A DNA stretch of 64,000 nucleotides from Alphaproteobacteria bacterium. Its GTDB lineage: Bacteria > Pseudomonadota > Alphaproteobacteria > Micropepsales > Micropepsaceae. Where the stretch lies: assembly GCA_013389115.1 (NCBI GenBank), contig JACADY010000066.1, forward strand, positions 17,775 through 81,774, read 5' to 3'. Below are positions 9,266-17,254 of the stretch, piece by piece (within the stretch, counting starts at the first letter, position 1; each line of letters begins with the position of its first letter). Made by a program: the position numbers and the translations under genes. The notes below the pieces were generated by a model that did not search any database, was not told the DNA's origin, and was given only the letters and a program-made list of their open reading frames with translations.

Positions 9266-9306
9266 ACAAAGAAAAAGGGCGGAAGCGGTTCTTTCCGCCT
9301 CCGCCC
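9266..9306 (-). terminator. Intrinsic terminator between the capsid (g5-like) and g6-like genes
   Basis: On the minus strand GGGCGGAGGCGG-aaagaa-CCGCTTCCGCCC (12-bp stem, one mismatch) is followed directly by TTTTTCTTTG. It lies 23 nt after the capsid stop (9329) and 27 nt before the g6 start (9239). Confidence 0.7.
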
Positions 9307-9328
9307 TGCGCGGAAATCCTTTTAGCGG

Positions 9329-10648
9329 TCAGGCGCTGGCGAATTTCAGCAGCTTGAAGGCCTCGAAATTCTGCACGCCGCCGCCCACGCGCTTGGTCGT
9401 GTAGAAAAGGATGTATGGCTTGGCGGTGAAGGGGTCCCGCAGCACGCGCACGCCGACGCGATCGACAATGAGGTAGCCGCGCGCGAAATCGCCAAAGGCG
9501 ATGGCGTAAGCATCGGCCGCGATGTCGGGCATGTCCTCGGCCTCAACGACCGGATAGCCAAGGAGCGAGGCGGGCTGGCCAGCGGTCGCGCCGGGCTGCC
9601 AGATATAGTTGTCGCTGCCGTCCTTCATCTTGCGGATCACCGCCTCGACACTGCGGTTCATCAGCCAGCGCGCATTCTGGCGATAGGTCTGCTTTGGCGC
9701 ATAGACAAGGTCGAGCAGGCGGTCGACCGGATCCGTGGCGGCGAACGCGCCGGTGCCGCCGCTCAAGAGAAAGCCCGTCTTGCCCCAGGCGTAGGATGCA
9801 TCCGCGACCTTTTCATAGGAGAGAATGCCGCGCGGCTTCGCCGTGCCATCGCCGTTGATGAAGGCCGCGCCTTCCTGCGCGGCGAACTCGCATTGCACCT
9901 CGCTCGCCAGCCATTCCTCGATGTTGATGAAGGCGTCATCGAGCAGCGTCTGCGTCGCGGCCGGCATCGCGTAGAGCTCCATTGCGGGGAACTCGATCAT
10001 CTTCAGGCTCGATGCCGCCGTCTCGGTGCGCGCCGCCTCCTCGCCGACCCAGCCCGAGGTGAGTTCGCCAAGGCTCATCGGCTTGCGGAACGTGCCCGCG
10101 CCGATCTGGCGCACGCTCGCGATCGCGCGCATGGGCGAGACATCCTTCAAGATGCGGTCGATCGCCGCCTCTGTCTCCTGCGGCACGACATAGCCGCCAT
10201 CCTCGTTCGTGCCGGCCGCGAGGCTTTTCATCTCAAAGCCCGTCAGCTCATGCGCATCGCCCTTGCGCACATAACGCTCGAAGGCGGCCTTGTGCTCGCG
10301 CGCCAAGGGGCCTTCCTTGCGCAGGCGGTTGATGCCGAGGGCATGCGTCTCTGGCCCCGGCAGAGGCGGGCGGCGCAGGCTCAGCGACAATTCATCGAGG
10401 CGCGACTTCTGATCGGACAGCGCCTTGTTGATGCGGTTCACCTTGTCCTCGGTGACGGCATCGGGGCTGAGCCGCTGCTCGATCTCGCCAAGGCGCTCGT
10501 CGTTTGCCGCCTTGAATTCCTCAAAGGATTGCAGGAACTGATCGAACGCGTCGAGCAGCTCACGCGAGGGGGGCGCCGCGTTCTCGCCAAGCGCCTTGTT
10601 CTCCAGCGGGTCCAAAGGCCCGCCTCGTACGTCCAAGTCCATATCCAT
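9329..10648 (-). CDS. HK97-family major capsid protein, RcGTA g5-like
   Basis: Start set at ATG 10648 (MDMDLDVRGGPLDPLENK...) behind a GGAGGG Shine-Dalgarno. N-terminal coiled delta-like region, then the HK97 fold region. The longer track ORF runs through the protease gene. Confidence 0.9.
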   Translation of the reverse strand: MDMDLDVRGGPLDPLENKALGENAAPPSRELLDAFDQFLQSFEEFKAANDERLGEIEQRLSPDAVTEDKVNRINKALSDQKSRLDELSLSLRRPPLPGPETHALGINRLRKEGPLAREHKAAFERYVRKGDAHELTGFEMKSLAAGTNEDGGYVVPQETEAAIDRILKDVSPMRAIASVRQIGAGTFRKPMSLGELTSGWVGEEAARTETAASSLKMIEFPAMELYAMPAATQTLLDDAFINIEEWLASEVQCEFAAQEGAAFINGDGTAKPRGILSYEKVADASYAWGKTGFLLSGGTGAFAATDPVDRLLDLVYAPKQTYRQNARWLMNRSVEAVIRKMKDGSDNYIWQPGATAGQPASLLGYPVVEAEDMPDIAADAYAIAFGDFARGYLIVDRVGVRVLRDPFTAKPYILFYTTKRVGGGVQNFEAFKLLKFASA

Positions 10649-10683
10649 GACCCTCCAATTGGCTTTCACTGATCGCTTCTGTT

Positions 10684-11220
10684 TCACTGATCGCTGTTGG
10701 CCGTGTGAAGCGCAGGCGCGCCTTGGGCGCCCTTCACCCGCAGCACGCGCGCGCCAGGCAGCATCGGGAAGGTCACGACCGAGACTTCCCAAAGATCGAT
10801 TTCCAGTATCGTGCGCACGCCGGTTTGCTGATCCGTCTGTCCACGGACGGTCCTGAAGCCGATCGAGAGGCCGTCGATGGCGCCCGCGCGCATCAGGGCG
10901 AGGACGTCGCGCCCCCTTGCGCTGTCGAGCACCAAGCGGCCGCGCACGTAAAGGCCTCTCGCATCCTCGATGATGCGCTCCCACACGCCGATCGGCTCAT
11001 GCGCCAGGTGCTGATAGAGCATCTTGATGCCGGCGGGCGGACGGCGCAGCAAAGTGCGACGGAAGGCGCCCGGCGCGACGCGGTCATGGGTCTGATCAAC
11101 GATGCCGAACAGTGAGGCATAACCCTCGAACAACCCTTGCGCACTCAATTGCTTGAAGGTGAAAGCCATGTCGCGGCTTTCCCGCCCGCGCCTGCTGACG
11201 CGAGTGACGTTCAGTCCCAT
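10684..11220 (-). CDS. HK97-family prohead protease, RcGTA g4-like
   Basis: 178 aa, FEGYASLFGIVDQTHDRVAPGAF...GLSIGF... typical of the prohead serine protease. GGAG lies 5 nt upstream of ATG 11220. Confidence 0.85.
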   Translation of the reverse strand: MGLNVTRVSRRGRESRDMAFTFKQLSAQGLFEGYASLFGIVDQTHDRVAPGAFRRTLLRRPPAGIKMLYQHLAHEPIGVWERIIEDARGLYVRGRLVLDSARGRDVLALMRAGAIDGLSIGFRTVRGQTDQQTGVRTILEIDLWEVSVVTFPMLPGARVLRVKGAQGAPALHTANSDQ

Positions 11221-11348
11221 TGTCTCTCCTCTACTTTTTGGCCGCGCCAGCGCATTTCCCGATCACGTGAAATGGGGGAATGCTCGCTGACCTTTGCAGC
11301 ATCGCGCCTCTTTTCGGCGAACCGGCCCCACTTCGCCGAGAAGCGCAT
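11211..11348 (-). CDS. Small basic ORF (45 aa) at the position of RcGTA g3.5
   Basis: Not in the track because it is under 60 aa. ATG 11348 directly follows the portal stop (TAG 11349-11351). Product is MRFSAKWGRFAEKRRDAAKVSEHSPISRDREMRWRGQKVEERQWD. Its TGA overlaps the protease start (ATGGGACTGA). Confidence 0.4.
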   Translation of the reverse strand: MRFSAKWGRFAEKRRDAAKVSEHSPISRDREMRWRGQKVEERQWD

Positions 11349-12578
11349 CTAGTCGTGCACGCGGGCGCCTTGCGGCAGGCGGCCATAGCCCACAGCCGCG
11401 CGTTTCTCATCGAGGGTGAGGAAGCTGGCGCCGTTCACGCGCTGCCACAGGGATTCGCGCTCAAGCGAGAGCGCCTCGATGCCGTCGAGATCAAGACCAA
11501 GGCGCACGCCCGGCCCATAGAGCGGCCCCAGGAAATTGCCGATCGCCTCGGCGGTCTTGGCCGCGACCGGCAGAACGGTATGGCGCCAGAAGGCGAGGTT
11601 CGCCTCGCGGTAGTTCGCGTAGGTCGCATCGCCGGGGATGCCGAGGAGCTGGGGCGGCACGCCAAAGGCAAGCGCAATCTCGCGCGCCGCGACGTGCTTT
11701 GCCTCGATGAAGTCCATCTCGGCCGGCGACAGGCTCATCGGCTTCCAATCGAGCCCGCCTTCGAGCAGCAAGGGGCGACCGGCGTTGCGGGGACCCTGAT
11801 AATGCTCGGCCAATTCCTCCTTGAGCCTTGCGAACTGGTCGCTGGAGAGCTGGCCTTCGCCATTGCCGCCGCCATAGATGAGCGCGCCGCTCGGCCTTGC
11901 GGCATTGTCGAGCAGCGCCTTATTCCAGGCGCCGCCCGCATTGTGGATGTCGATGGCAAAGGCGGCCGCTTCGAGCGGGCTTTGCCCATAATAGTCACTG
12001 AGCGGATTGAAGAGCGCGACATGGAGGACAGGCATGAAGCCCGTCGCGCCGTCGCGCTCGAAGCGCACGCTTTGTCCGCCTGCCTCGTATTCATAGGCAT
12101 CGGGCCAGCCGCGCGGACCTGGAACGATGCGCATACGGTCGGGGCGCAGCACGTAAAGCTCGCGCGGGGCGCCTTCGAGCGTGACGGCTTCGAGATAGGC
12201 GTTGCCGGCGGTCTGCAGATAGCCGTACCAGGCTTCGAGCAGCGTCGCGCCGCCCGCAACCGGGTTTGGCGCGCGCAAGAGGGTCTCCAGCGGATGGCCC
12301 GGCGCTTCGCTCGCGCCCACATAGACGATGAAGGGCACCGAGGCGGCAGCCTCCGCGATCATGCGGATGCAGCGATAGGCGATCGGATTGCGAGCCATCC
12401 CTTCCCGCGCCAGCGACGCATAATCGCGCGGCGTCCAGATCGGGCGCCCCGTTGCGTGACAGGCAATGAGGGGGCCGGCGCGGCTTGCCTTCGTTTCGGG
12501 CGGGGCGGCGGTGGGCTTGCGCCACAGCCTGCCGATCGCGCCCTTCCAAAAGGGAAGGCGCGTTTCCTTCTCAGCCAT
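11349..12578 (-). CDS. Phage portal protein (HK97 family), RcGTA g3-like
   Basis: Start set at ATG 12578 (MAEKETRLPFWKGAIGRLW...). The upstream part of track ORF 11349-12929 translates REP repeats and is not credible. Confidence 0.9.
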   Translation of the reverse strand: MAEKETRLPFWKGAIGRLWRKPTAAPPETKASRAGPLIACHATGRPIWTPRDYASLAREGMARNPIAYRCIRMIAEAAASVPFIVYVGASEAPGHPLETLLRAPNPVAGGATLLEAWYGYLQTAGNAYLEAVTLEGAPRELYVLRPDRMRIVPGPRGWPDAYEYEAGGQSVRFERDGATGFMPVLHVALFNPLSDYYGQSPLEAAAFAIDIHNAGGAWNKALLDNAARPSGALIYGGGNGEGQLSSDQFARLKEELAEHYQGPRNAGRPLLLEGGLDWKPMSLSPAEMDFIEAKHVAAREIALAFGVPPQLLGIPGDATYANYREANLAFWRHTVLPVAAKTAEAIGNFLGPLYGPGVRLGLDLDGIEALSLERESLWQRVNGASFLTLDEKRAAVGYGRLPQGARVHD

Positions 12579-12619
12579 CGATTGGGGTTCCTTCTCTTTC
12601 TTCTGGAACGGAGTGCGTG

Positions 12620-12807
12620 GGTTCGTGAAGGGTGAGGCCTTCTGCTCCCTCCCCTTGCAAAGGGGAGGGCAAGGGATGGGGATCGCATTCTTGGTAGGAG
12701 CCTGCCCCCCTCCCGCGCCTCCCCCTTTCAGGGGGAGGAGAAAATGAGGGTGCCGCCTCACTCTTCGAGGGCCGCGAAGCGCGGCCACCTCTGGGTGAGG
12801 ATTTTTT
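12620..12807. repeat. Block of GC-rich REP-like hairpin repeats in the TerL-portal spacer
   Basis: Hairpins CCCTCCCCTT-gca-AAGGGGAGGG (12647-12669) and CCTCCCCC-tttca-GGGGGAGG (12718-12738). Also the about 45-nt element CCTCACTCTTCGAGGGCCGCGAAGCGCGGCCACCTCTGGGTGAGG (12756-12800) followed by ATTTTTT. 12701-12751 is about 90% identical to 17991-18040. Confidence 0.8.
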
Positions 12808-12808
12808 C

Positions 12809-14152
12809 TTAGAGGCGGCGCAGGCGCGGGGTGATCGTCGGCGCGGACAAATCGCTCAGCGCCCAGACCAGCGCATCGAGGCGGTCGGGGCTTTCTTGCG
12901 CCTCTCCCTCCCCGCTCACGGCCGCACACATCTGATCCTCAAGCAAGGCGAGCGATCCCACATGGGAGACGCGGCCCTGCTCATAGAGTGCGGCAATTGG
13001 CTCGGCCCGCGCGATCTTGCCGCGTGAGGCCCGCACCGATGTCACGGGTACCGATGGATCGACCTGGCGCAGCACGCTTTCCACCATCTCGCCACCCTGG
13101 TTCACCTCGATCACGATGCGGTCGGCGGCGAACATGCGGAATGTCTCGATCGTCCGCGCCGCCCATTTCTGCGGGCTGAGACCACCGGCCGAGCGGTCGG
13201 CCAGCACATAATAGCGCCCGTCCTCGCCCTTGCCGGCGGCGATGATCCCCGTTTCGCTTGCCTCCTCGCCCGAGCTTGCGGGTGGATCAACGCCGATGAC
13301 GATACGGGTGAGCGGCGGGTTATCGCGCACGCGCGCGGCATCGAGCATGGCCCTTGTCCACAGCGCGCCTGGCGTATCCTCCAGGAGATCGCCGTCGATC
13401 TCCTGGCGGGCAAGCCTCGTGCCACGATAGCGCTCCTTGACCCACGCAAGGAAGGATGGCGACAGGTTCGCCCTGTTCGCCATCGTACCGGCGCGCGTGA
13501 CGACCGTGCCTGGCGCCTCCAACAGGTTCTTCAGTGCACGGATGTTTCGCGGCGTCGTCGTGATGACGGCGCGCGGCCGCTCACCCAGACGCAGGCCCAG
13601 TTGCAGCATGTCGAAGGCCTCCTGGGGATAGCGCCACTTGGCGAACTCATCCGCCCAGGCATAGTCGAATTGCGGCCCGCGCAGGCTGTCGGGCTCCTCG
13701 GCCGAGAAGAGCTGCGCCACCGCGCCATTCCGCCAGAGAAGGCGCCGCCGCGAGACCTCGAATTCCGGCCGCTCGCCGCCATCGATCCGCAAGAGGCCGG
13801 AGACGCCCTCGACCATCACCTCGCGGGCATCCGCCTGCGTCGCGGCGATGAGCGCGATGCGGGCCGCCTTGCCCTCGCGCACCACCTTTGCGACCGCCTC
13901 GGCACCGGCGCGCGTCTTGCCCGCGCCGCGCCCGCCCATGAACACCCAGAGGCGCCAGTCGCCCCTCGGCGCGCGCTGTTCGGGCCTTGCCCAGAAATCC
14001 CAATCAGCGAGAAGGGCCGCCGCCTCGGCCTCGCTCAGGCTTGCGAGGAACGCGCTTTTGACGCTTGCCGGCTTCAAGATCAGCGAGGCGGCGCTCAAGC
14101 GCGAGGCGCGCGGTGGCTTGCGTTTCAACGTCCTTGGGTTCTTGCCGTTCAT
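12809..14152 (-). CDS. Terminase large subunit, RcGTA g2-like
   Basis: 447 aa with Walker A GGRGAGKT and the conserved N-terminal LSEAEAAALLADWDFWARPEQ. High GC3 from ATG 14152. Confidence 0.9.
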   Translation of the reverse strand: MNGKNPRTLKRKPPRASRLSAASLILKPASVKSAFLASLSEAEAAALLADWDFWARPEQRAPRGDWRLWVFMGGRGAGKTRAGAEAVAKVVREGKAARIALIAATQADAREVMVEGVSGLLRIDGGERPEFEVSRRRLLWRNGAVAQLFSAEEPDSLRGPQFDYAWADEFAKWRYPQEAFDMLQLGLRLGERPRAVITTTPRNIRALKNLLEAPGTVVTRAGTMANRANLSPSFLAWVKERYRGTRLARQEIDGDLLEDTPGALWTRAMLDAARVRDNPPLTRIVIGVDPPASSGEEASETGIIAAGKGEDGRYYVLADRSAGGLSPQKWAARTIETFRMFAADRIVIEVNQGGEMVESVLRQVDPSVPVTSVRASRGKIARAEPIAALYEQGRVSHVGSLALLEDQMCAAVSGEGEAQESPDRLDALVWALSDLSAPTITPRLRRL

Positions 14153-14378
14153 GTTCCGCCGTCAGCTTGCTCAGGCGCTCAAGTGTGGCGGTGAGGACGG
14201 CGAGCGTCTTTCCATCGCGCTCGCGGTCGGCCGCCGATCGGTCGGGCGCCTTCATGTTCTTTTCAACTTCCTTGATCTGACGGCCAAGGATGCGGCCAAT
14301 GCGCGATGCCATCTTCGCGTACTCCCAAACGCTTTTGCCGGCCGGTGCCTTGCGCGCCGCCGTTCTAAACCTGGTCAC
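14004..14378 (-). CDS. Candidate small terminase / RcGTA g1-like protein
   Basis: First ORF of the cluster. GTG 14378, or ATG 14312 (MASRIGRILGRQIKEVEKNM...) with GGGAG upstream. Charged, coiled-coil-like. Its 3' end overlaps TerL by up to 149 nt in another frame. Confidence 0.5.
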   Translation of the reverse strand: MTRFRTAARKAPAGKSVWEYAKMASRIGRILGRQIKEVEKNMKAPDRSAADRERDGKTLAVLTATLERLSKLTAEHERQEPKDVETQATARLALERRLADLEAGKRQKRVPRKPERGRGGGPSR

Positions 14379-14529
14379 AATTCTGGAGATGGGCTAGAAG
14401 ATGGGGGCGAGCGTTGCGCTTGCAAGGGGGGTGGCCGAAAAATCTTGAAGCCTGCGATAGGGCGCCCACACGCCGCCTTTGCGCGGCCCTAAATTCGCCT
14501 TCATGACCGTGTTGTTGTCTCATGCGTGA

Positions 14530-16575
14530 TTGTGGCCCAAAAGCCTTATCCACCGCACAATGCGGCAAAGCGAAAAAGAGCGAGGGTTCATGGGGATGGC
14601 TGCCATGAGGTTCAACGGCTGGGCGAAGCTGGCGCTGCGCGCCATGATGGTCGGCGCGGGCGGTACGCTTGCGGCGGGCATTGCCGCGTTTTTCGGGCTT
14701 TACCTCTATTTCACCTGGCGGCTCGATCCGGCCATCGATCTTGCCGCGCTTAACCGCTCGCCCAGCATCACCTTCACCGATGAAGAGGGCCATGTGATCG
14801 CCTCGCGCGGGCCGGCGTTCGGCACCTATCTGCCGCTCGATCAGATCCCGGCCTATCTCAAGGGCGCGTTCCTTTCGGCGGAGGACCGGCGCTTCTACGC
14901 GCATTGGGGGATCGACCCGAAGGGGCTTGCCCGCGCCATGATGGCCAATTGGTCGCGCGGGCAGATGGTCCAGGGCGGCAGCACGATCACGCAGCAGCTC
15001 GCGCGCTCGCTGTTCCTCAGCAATGAGCGCTCGCTCGAGCGCAAGCTTGAGGAGATGTTCATCGCCTTCTGGCTCGAATGGCATTTCAGCAAGGACAAGC
15101 TGCTTGAGACCTATCTCAACCGCATCTATCTGGGCGGCGGCGCCTATGGCGTCGATGCGGCGGCGCGGCGCTATTTCGGCGTGACGGCGCGGGAGACGAC
15201 ACTTGCCCAGGCGGTGATGCTGGCCGCGATGACGCGGGCGCCGGCGCGGTTCGCGCCGACGAGCGATCTTGAGGGCGCGCGCACAAGGGCGGCGCTGGTG
15301 CTCGATGGCATGGTCTTGGAAGGCATGCTGACGCAAGGCGAGGCCTTTGCCGCGCGGGCGGTCCCGGCGGGGCCAGGCTCCGACATCGCGCATGCAAGCT
15401 TCAACTATTTCGCGGATGCGGCGAGCGATGCGCTCACGGCGCTCAACCTGCCGGTGTCGCAAGGCGATCTCGTCGTGCGCACGACGCTCAACCGCGATCT
15501 GCAGCGCACGGCGCAGGAAATCCTCACCCAGACGCTTACCGAGCGGGGCGATGAGAAGTCCGCCGGCCAGGGCGCCATCGTCGTCATGGACAAGGAAGGC
15601 GCGGTGCGCGCGCTGATCGGCGGGCGGGACTATCTCGACAGCCCCTTCAACCGCGCCACACAGGCCAGGCGCCAGCCGGGATCCGCCTTCAAGGCCTTTG
15701 TCTATCTCGCCGCCTTCGAGCGCGGGCTTGATCCCTATACGATCCGCTATGACGAGCCCGTCGATATCGGCGGCTGGCGGCCGCAGAATTTCTCGAACGG
15801 CTATTCGGGACCGGTCACGCTCGATGAGGCCTTCGCCAAGTCCATCAACACGGTCGCGGCGCAACTGGGCGAAGAGGTCGGACAGCACAACGTCGTTGCG
15901 ACGGCGCAGCGGCTTGGCATCACCTCGGCGCTTGAAGGCAATCGCTCGATCGCGCTGGGGACGTCGGAGGTCACGCTCATCGATCTGACGCAGGCCTATG
16001 CGCCCCTCGCCGCGGGCGGGATGCGGGTGCAGGCGCATATGATCCTCGATGTGCGCAAAAGCGATGGCACAGTGCTCTATGCCTATGAGCCGCCGCCAGC
16101 GGAGCGCATCGTCGCGACGCGCGTCGTCAACGAGATGAATTTCCTCATGGCTGATGTGGTGCGGCACGGCACCGGCAAAGGCGCGGCCCTTGGCGGGCGG
16201 GATGTGGGCGGCAAGACCGGCACGACGCAGGAGCACCGCGATGCCTGGTTCATCGGCTATACGGCCGACTATGTCGCCGGGGTGTGGATCGGCAATGACG
16301 ACAACGCGCCGATGGACAAGGTCGTGGGCGGGCAAATGCCGGCGCAGATCTTCGCCAAGGTGATGACGGCGGCGCATGAGGGCATGCCGCTCGCCGCGCT
16401 GCCAGGCAGCAATTCCTATGATGCGCCCGTCGCGGCCGACTATGGCCGGGAGCGGTGGGGCGATCCTTATGCCGAGACGCAGCGGGAGGATGGCCCCATG
16501 CCTTACGACTATCCCCCGCCGCGGCGCGAGGAGGATCTTGGCGATGCCATCATCGATTTCCTCTTCGGCGACTAA
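14530..16575 (+). CDS. Class A penicillin-binding protein (PBP1A family; transglycosylase + transpeptidase)
   Basis: GT51 motifs EDRRFYAHWGIDPKG and GGSTITQQLAR. Transpeptidase motifs SAFK, SNG, KTGTT. Start uncertain (GTG 14530 or downstream ATGs). Confidence 0.9.
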   Translation: MWPKSLIHRTMRQSEKERGFMGMAAMRFNGWAKLALRAMMVGAGGTLAAGIAAFFGLYLYFTWRLDPAIDLAALNRSPSITFTDEEGHVIASRGPAFGTYLPLDQIPAYLKGAFLSAEDRRFYAHWGIDPKGLARAMMANWSRGQMVQGGSTITQQLARSLFLSNERSLERKLEEMFIAFWLEWHFSKDKLLETYLNRIYLGGGAYGVDAAARRYFGVTARETTLAQAVMLAAMTRAPARFAPTSDLEGARTRAALVLDGMVLEGMLTQGEAFAARAVPAGPGSDIAHASFNYFADAASDALTALNLPVSQGDLVVRTTLNRDLQRTAQEILTQTLTERGDEKSAGQGAIVVMDKEGAVRALIGGRDYLDSPFNRATQARRQPGSAFKAFVYLAAFERGLDPYTIRYDEPVDIGGWRPQNFSNGYSGPVTLDEAFAKSINTVAAQLGEEVGQHNVVATAQRLGITSALEGNRSIALGTSEVTLIDLTQAYAPLAAGGMRVQAHMILDVRKSDGTVLYAYEPPPAERIVATRVVNEMNFLMADVVRHGTGKGAALGGRDVGGKTGTTQEHRDAWFIGYTADYVAGVWIGNDDNAPMDKVVGGQMPAQIFAKVMTAAHEGMPLAALPGSNSYDAPVAADYGRERWGDPYAETQREDGPMPYDYPPPRREEDLGDAIIDFLFGD

Positions 16576-16666
16576 AGCCCGCCGCCACCGCCGCCTCGCC
16601 CCTATCGGCCGCGCCGGAATTCGCGCTAGACTTTGCTGCAACTAGAACGATACGGGGGGACACATC

Positions 16667-17254
16667 ATGACGTGGCCGCGGCTTTCGCGCATTCTCATCT
16701 ATGCTGGCGCGCTTGTGCTGGGCGTGATTTTAGGCTTGGGATCGCTCTATGCGGGTATCTCCTCCTCGGCGCGCGGGGTCGTGCAGAACGGGGTCTGGCT
16801 CACCGATCTCAATACGGGCAGCACGGCGGCCGGTCCCTATACGCGGGCCAATGTCGCGATGTATGGGCTCCTTGCCCTCAATCGCAGTGAGGCCATTTAC
16901 TATTTCGCCGACCGGGACGCGAGCGGCGATGCGCTTTCCGGGCGGTGCTCCTACGTGATCGAGGGGCGCGACCCGGATGCGCGCTGGTGGTCGATCACCG
17001 TCTATGGCACGGACGGGTTTCTGATGGCGGCCTCGAAAGGACGGTTCTCGGCCTCGAGCGCCCTTATCGCACGGCGCAATGATGGCTCGTTCTCCATCGC
17101 GCTCAACGCACAAGGGACAGGCGAGAACGGCCTGCCGACAGGCGGGGGCGAATTCACCATGGTGCTGCGCCTCTACAACCCGGGACCCGATATCCAGAAG
17201 CGGCCGGGCGAGACCGTACTTCCTCAACTGAGGCGCGTGTCATGCAACGGCTGA
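16667..17254 (+). CDS. DUF1214 domain protein
   Basis: 195 aa with an N-terminal TM segment. Sequence character resembles DUF1214. Overlaps the following DUF1254 gene by 13 nt. Confidence 0.7.
   Translation: MTWPRLSRILIYAGALVLGVILGLGSLYAGISSSARGVVQNGVWLTDLNTGSTAAGPYTRANVAMYGLLALNRSEAIYYFADRDASGDALSGRCSYVIEGRDPDARWWSITVYGTDGFLMAASKGRFSASSALIARRNDGSFSIALNAQGTGENGLPTGGGEFTMVLRLYNPGPDIQKRPGETVLPQLRRVSCNG

Larger units (their letters stand above)
171..14378 (-). other. RcGTA-type gene transfer agent (GTA) head-tail gene cluster, about 14.2 kb
   Basis: Co-directional ORFs in canonical order: TerS-like, TerL, portal, protease, capsid, adaptor, head closure, tail terminator, major tail, chaperones, tape measure, DUF2460, DUF2163, NlpC/P60, g15-like. 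Many ATGA/GTGA overlaps. No integrase, repressor, replication or lysis genes. Flanked by a PBP1A gene. Confidence 0.85.

Noticed and set aside
11349-12929. Long N-terminal extensions in the ORF track (portal 526 aa; capsid 9329-10984, 551 aa; 20185-21306; 38627-40093; 41192-42835; 47062-49233; 53480-54811).
   Set aside because: The extensions translate REP repeats or overlap the preceding gene, and they lack homology. Internal starts with Shine-Dalgarno sequences and family-typical N-termini were used instead.
14365-16641. 758-aa minus-strand ORF, with many similar long ORFs (11280-12635 +, 25890-27296 +, 24591-25571 +, 42717-44117 -, 44081-45241 +, 45293-46486 +, 48007-49068 -, 49746-50957 -, 52060-53052 -, 56909-58678 +, 59132-60469 +).
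   Set aside because: Each lies antisense to a gene with clear family motifs (PBP1A, portal, histidine kinase, prfC, ChaC/MaoC, GH5, sulfatase, ferritin-like, acyl-CoA ligases, kinase fusion). Their products are Arg/Ala/Gly/His-rich with no recognisable motifs, which is typical of stop-poor shadow frames in high-GC DNA.
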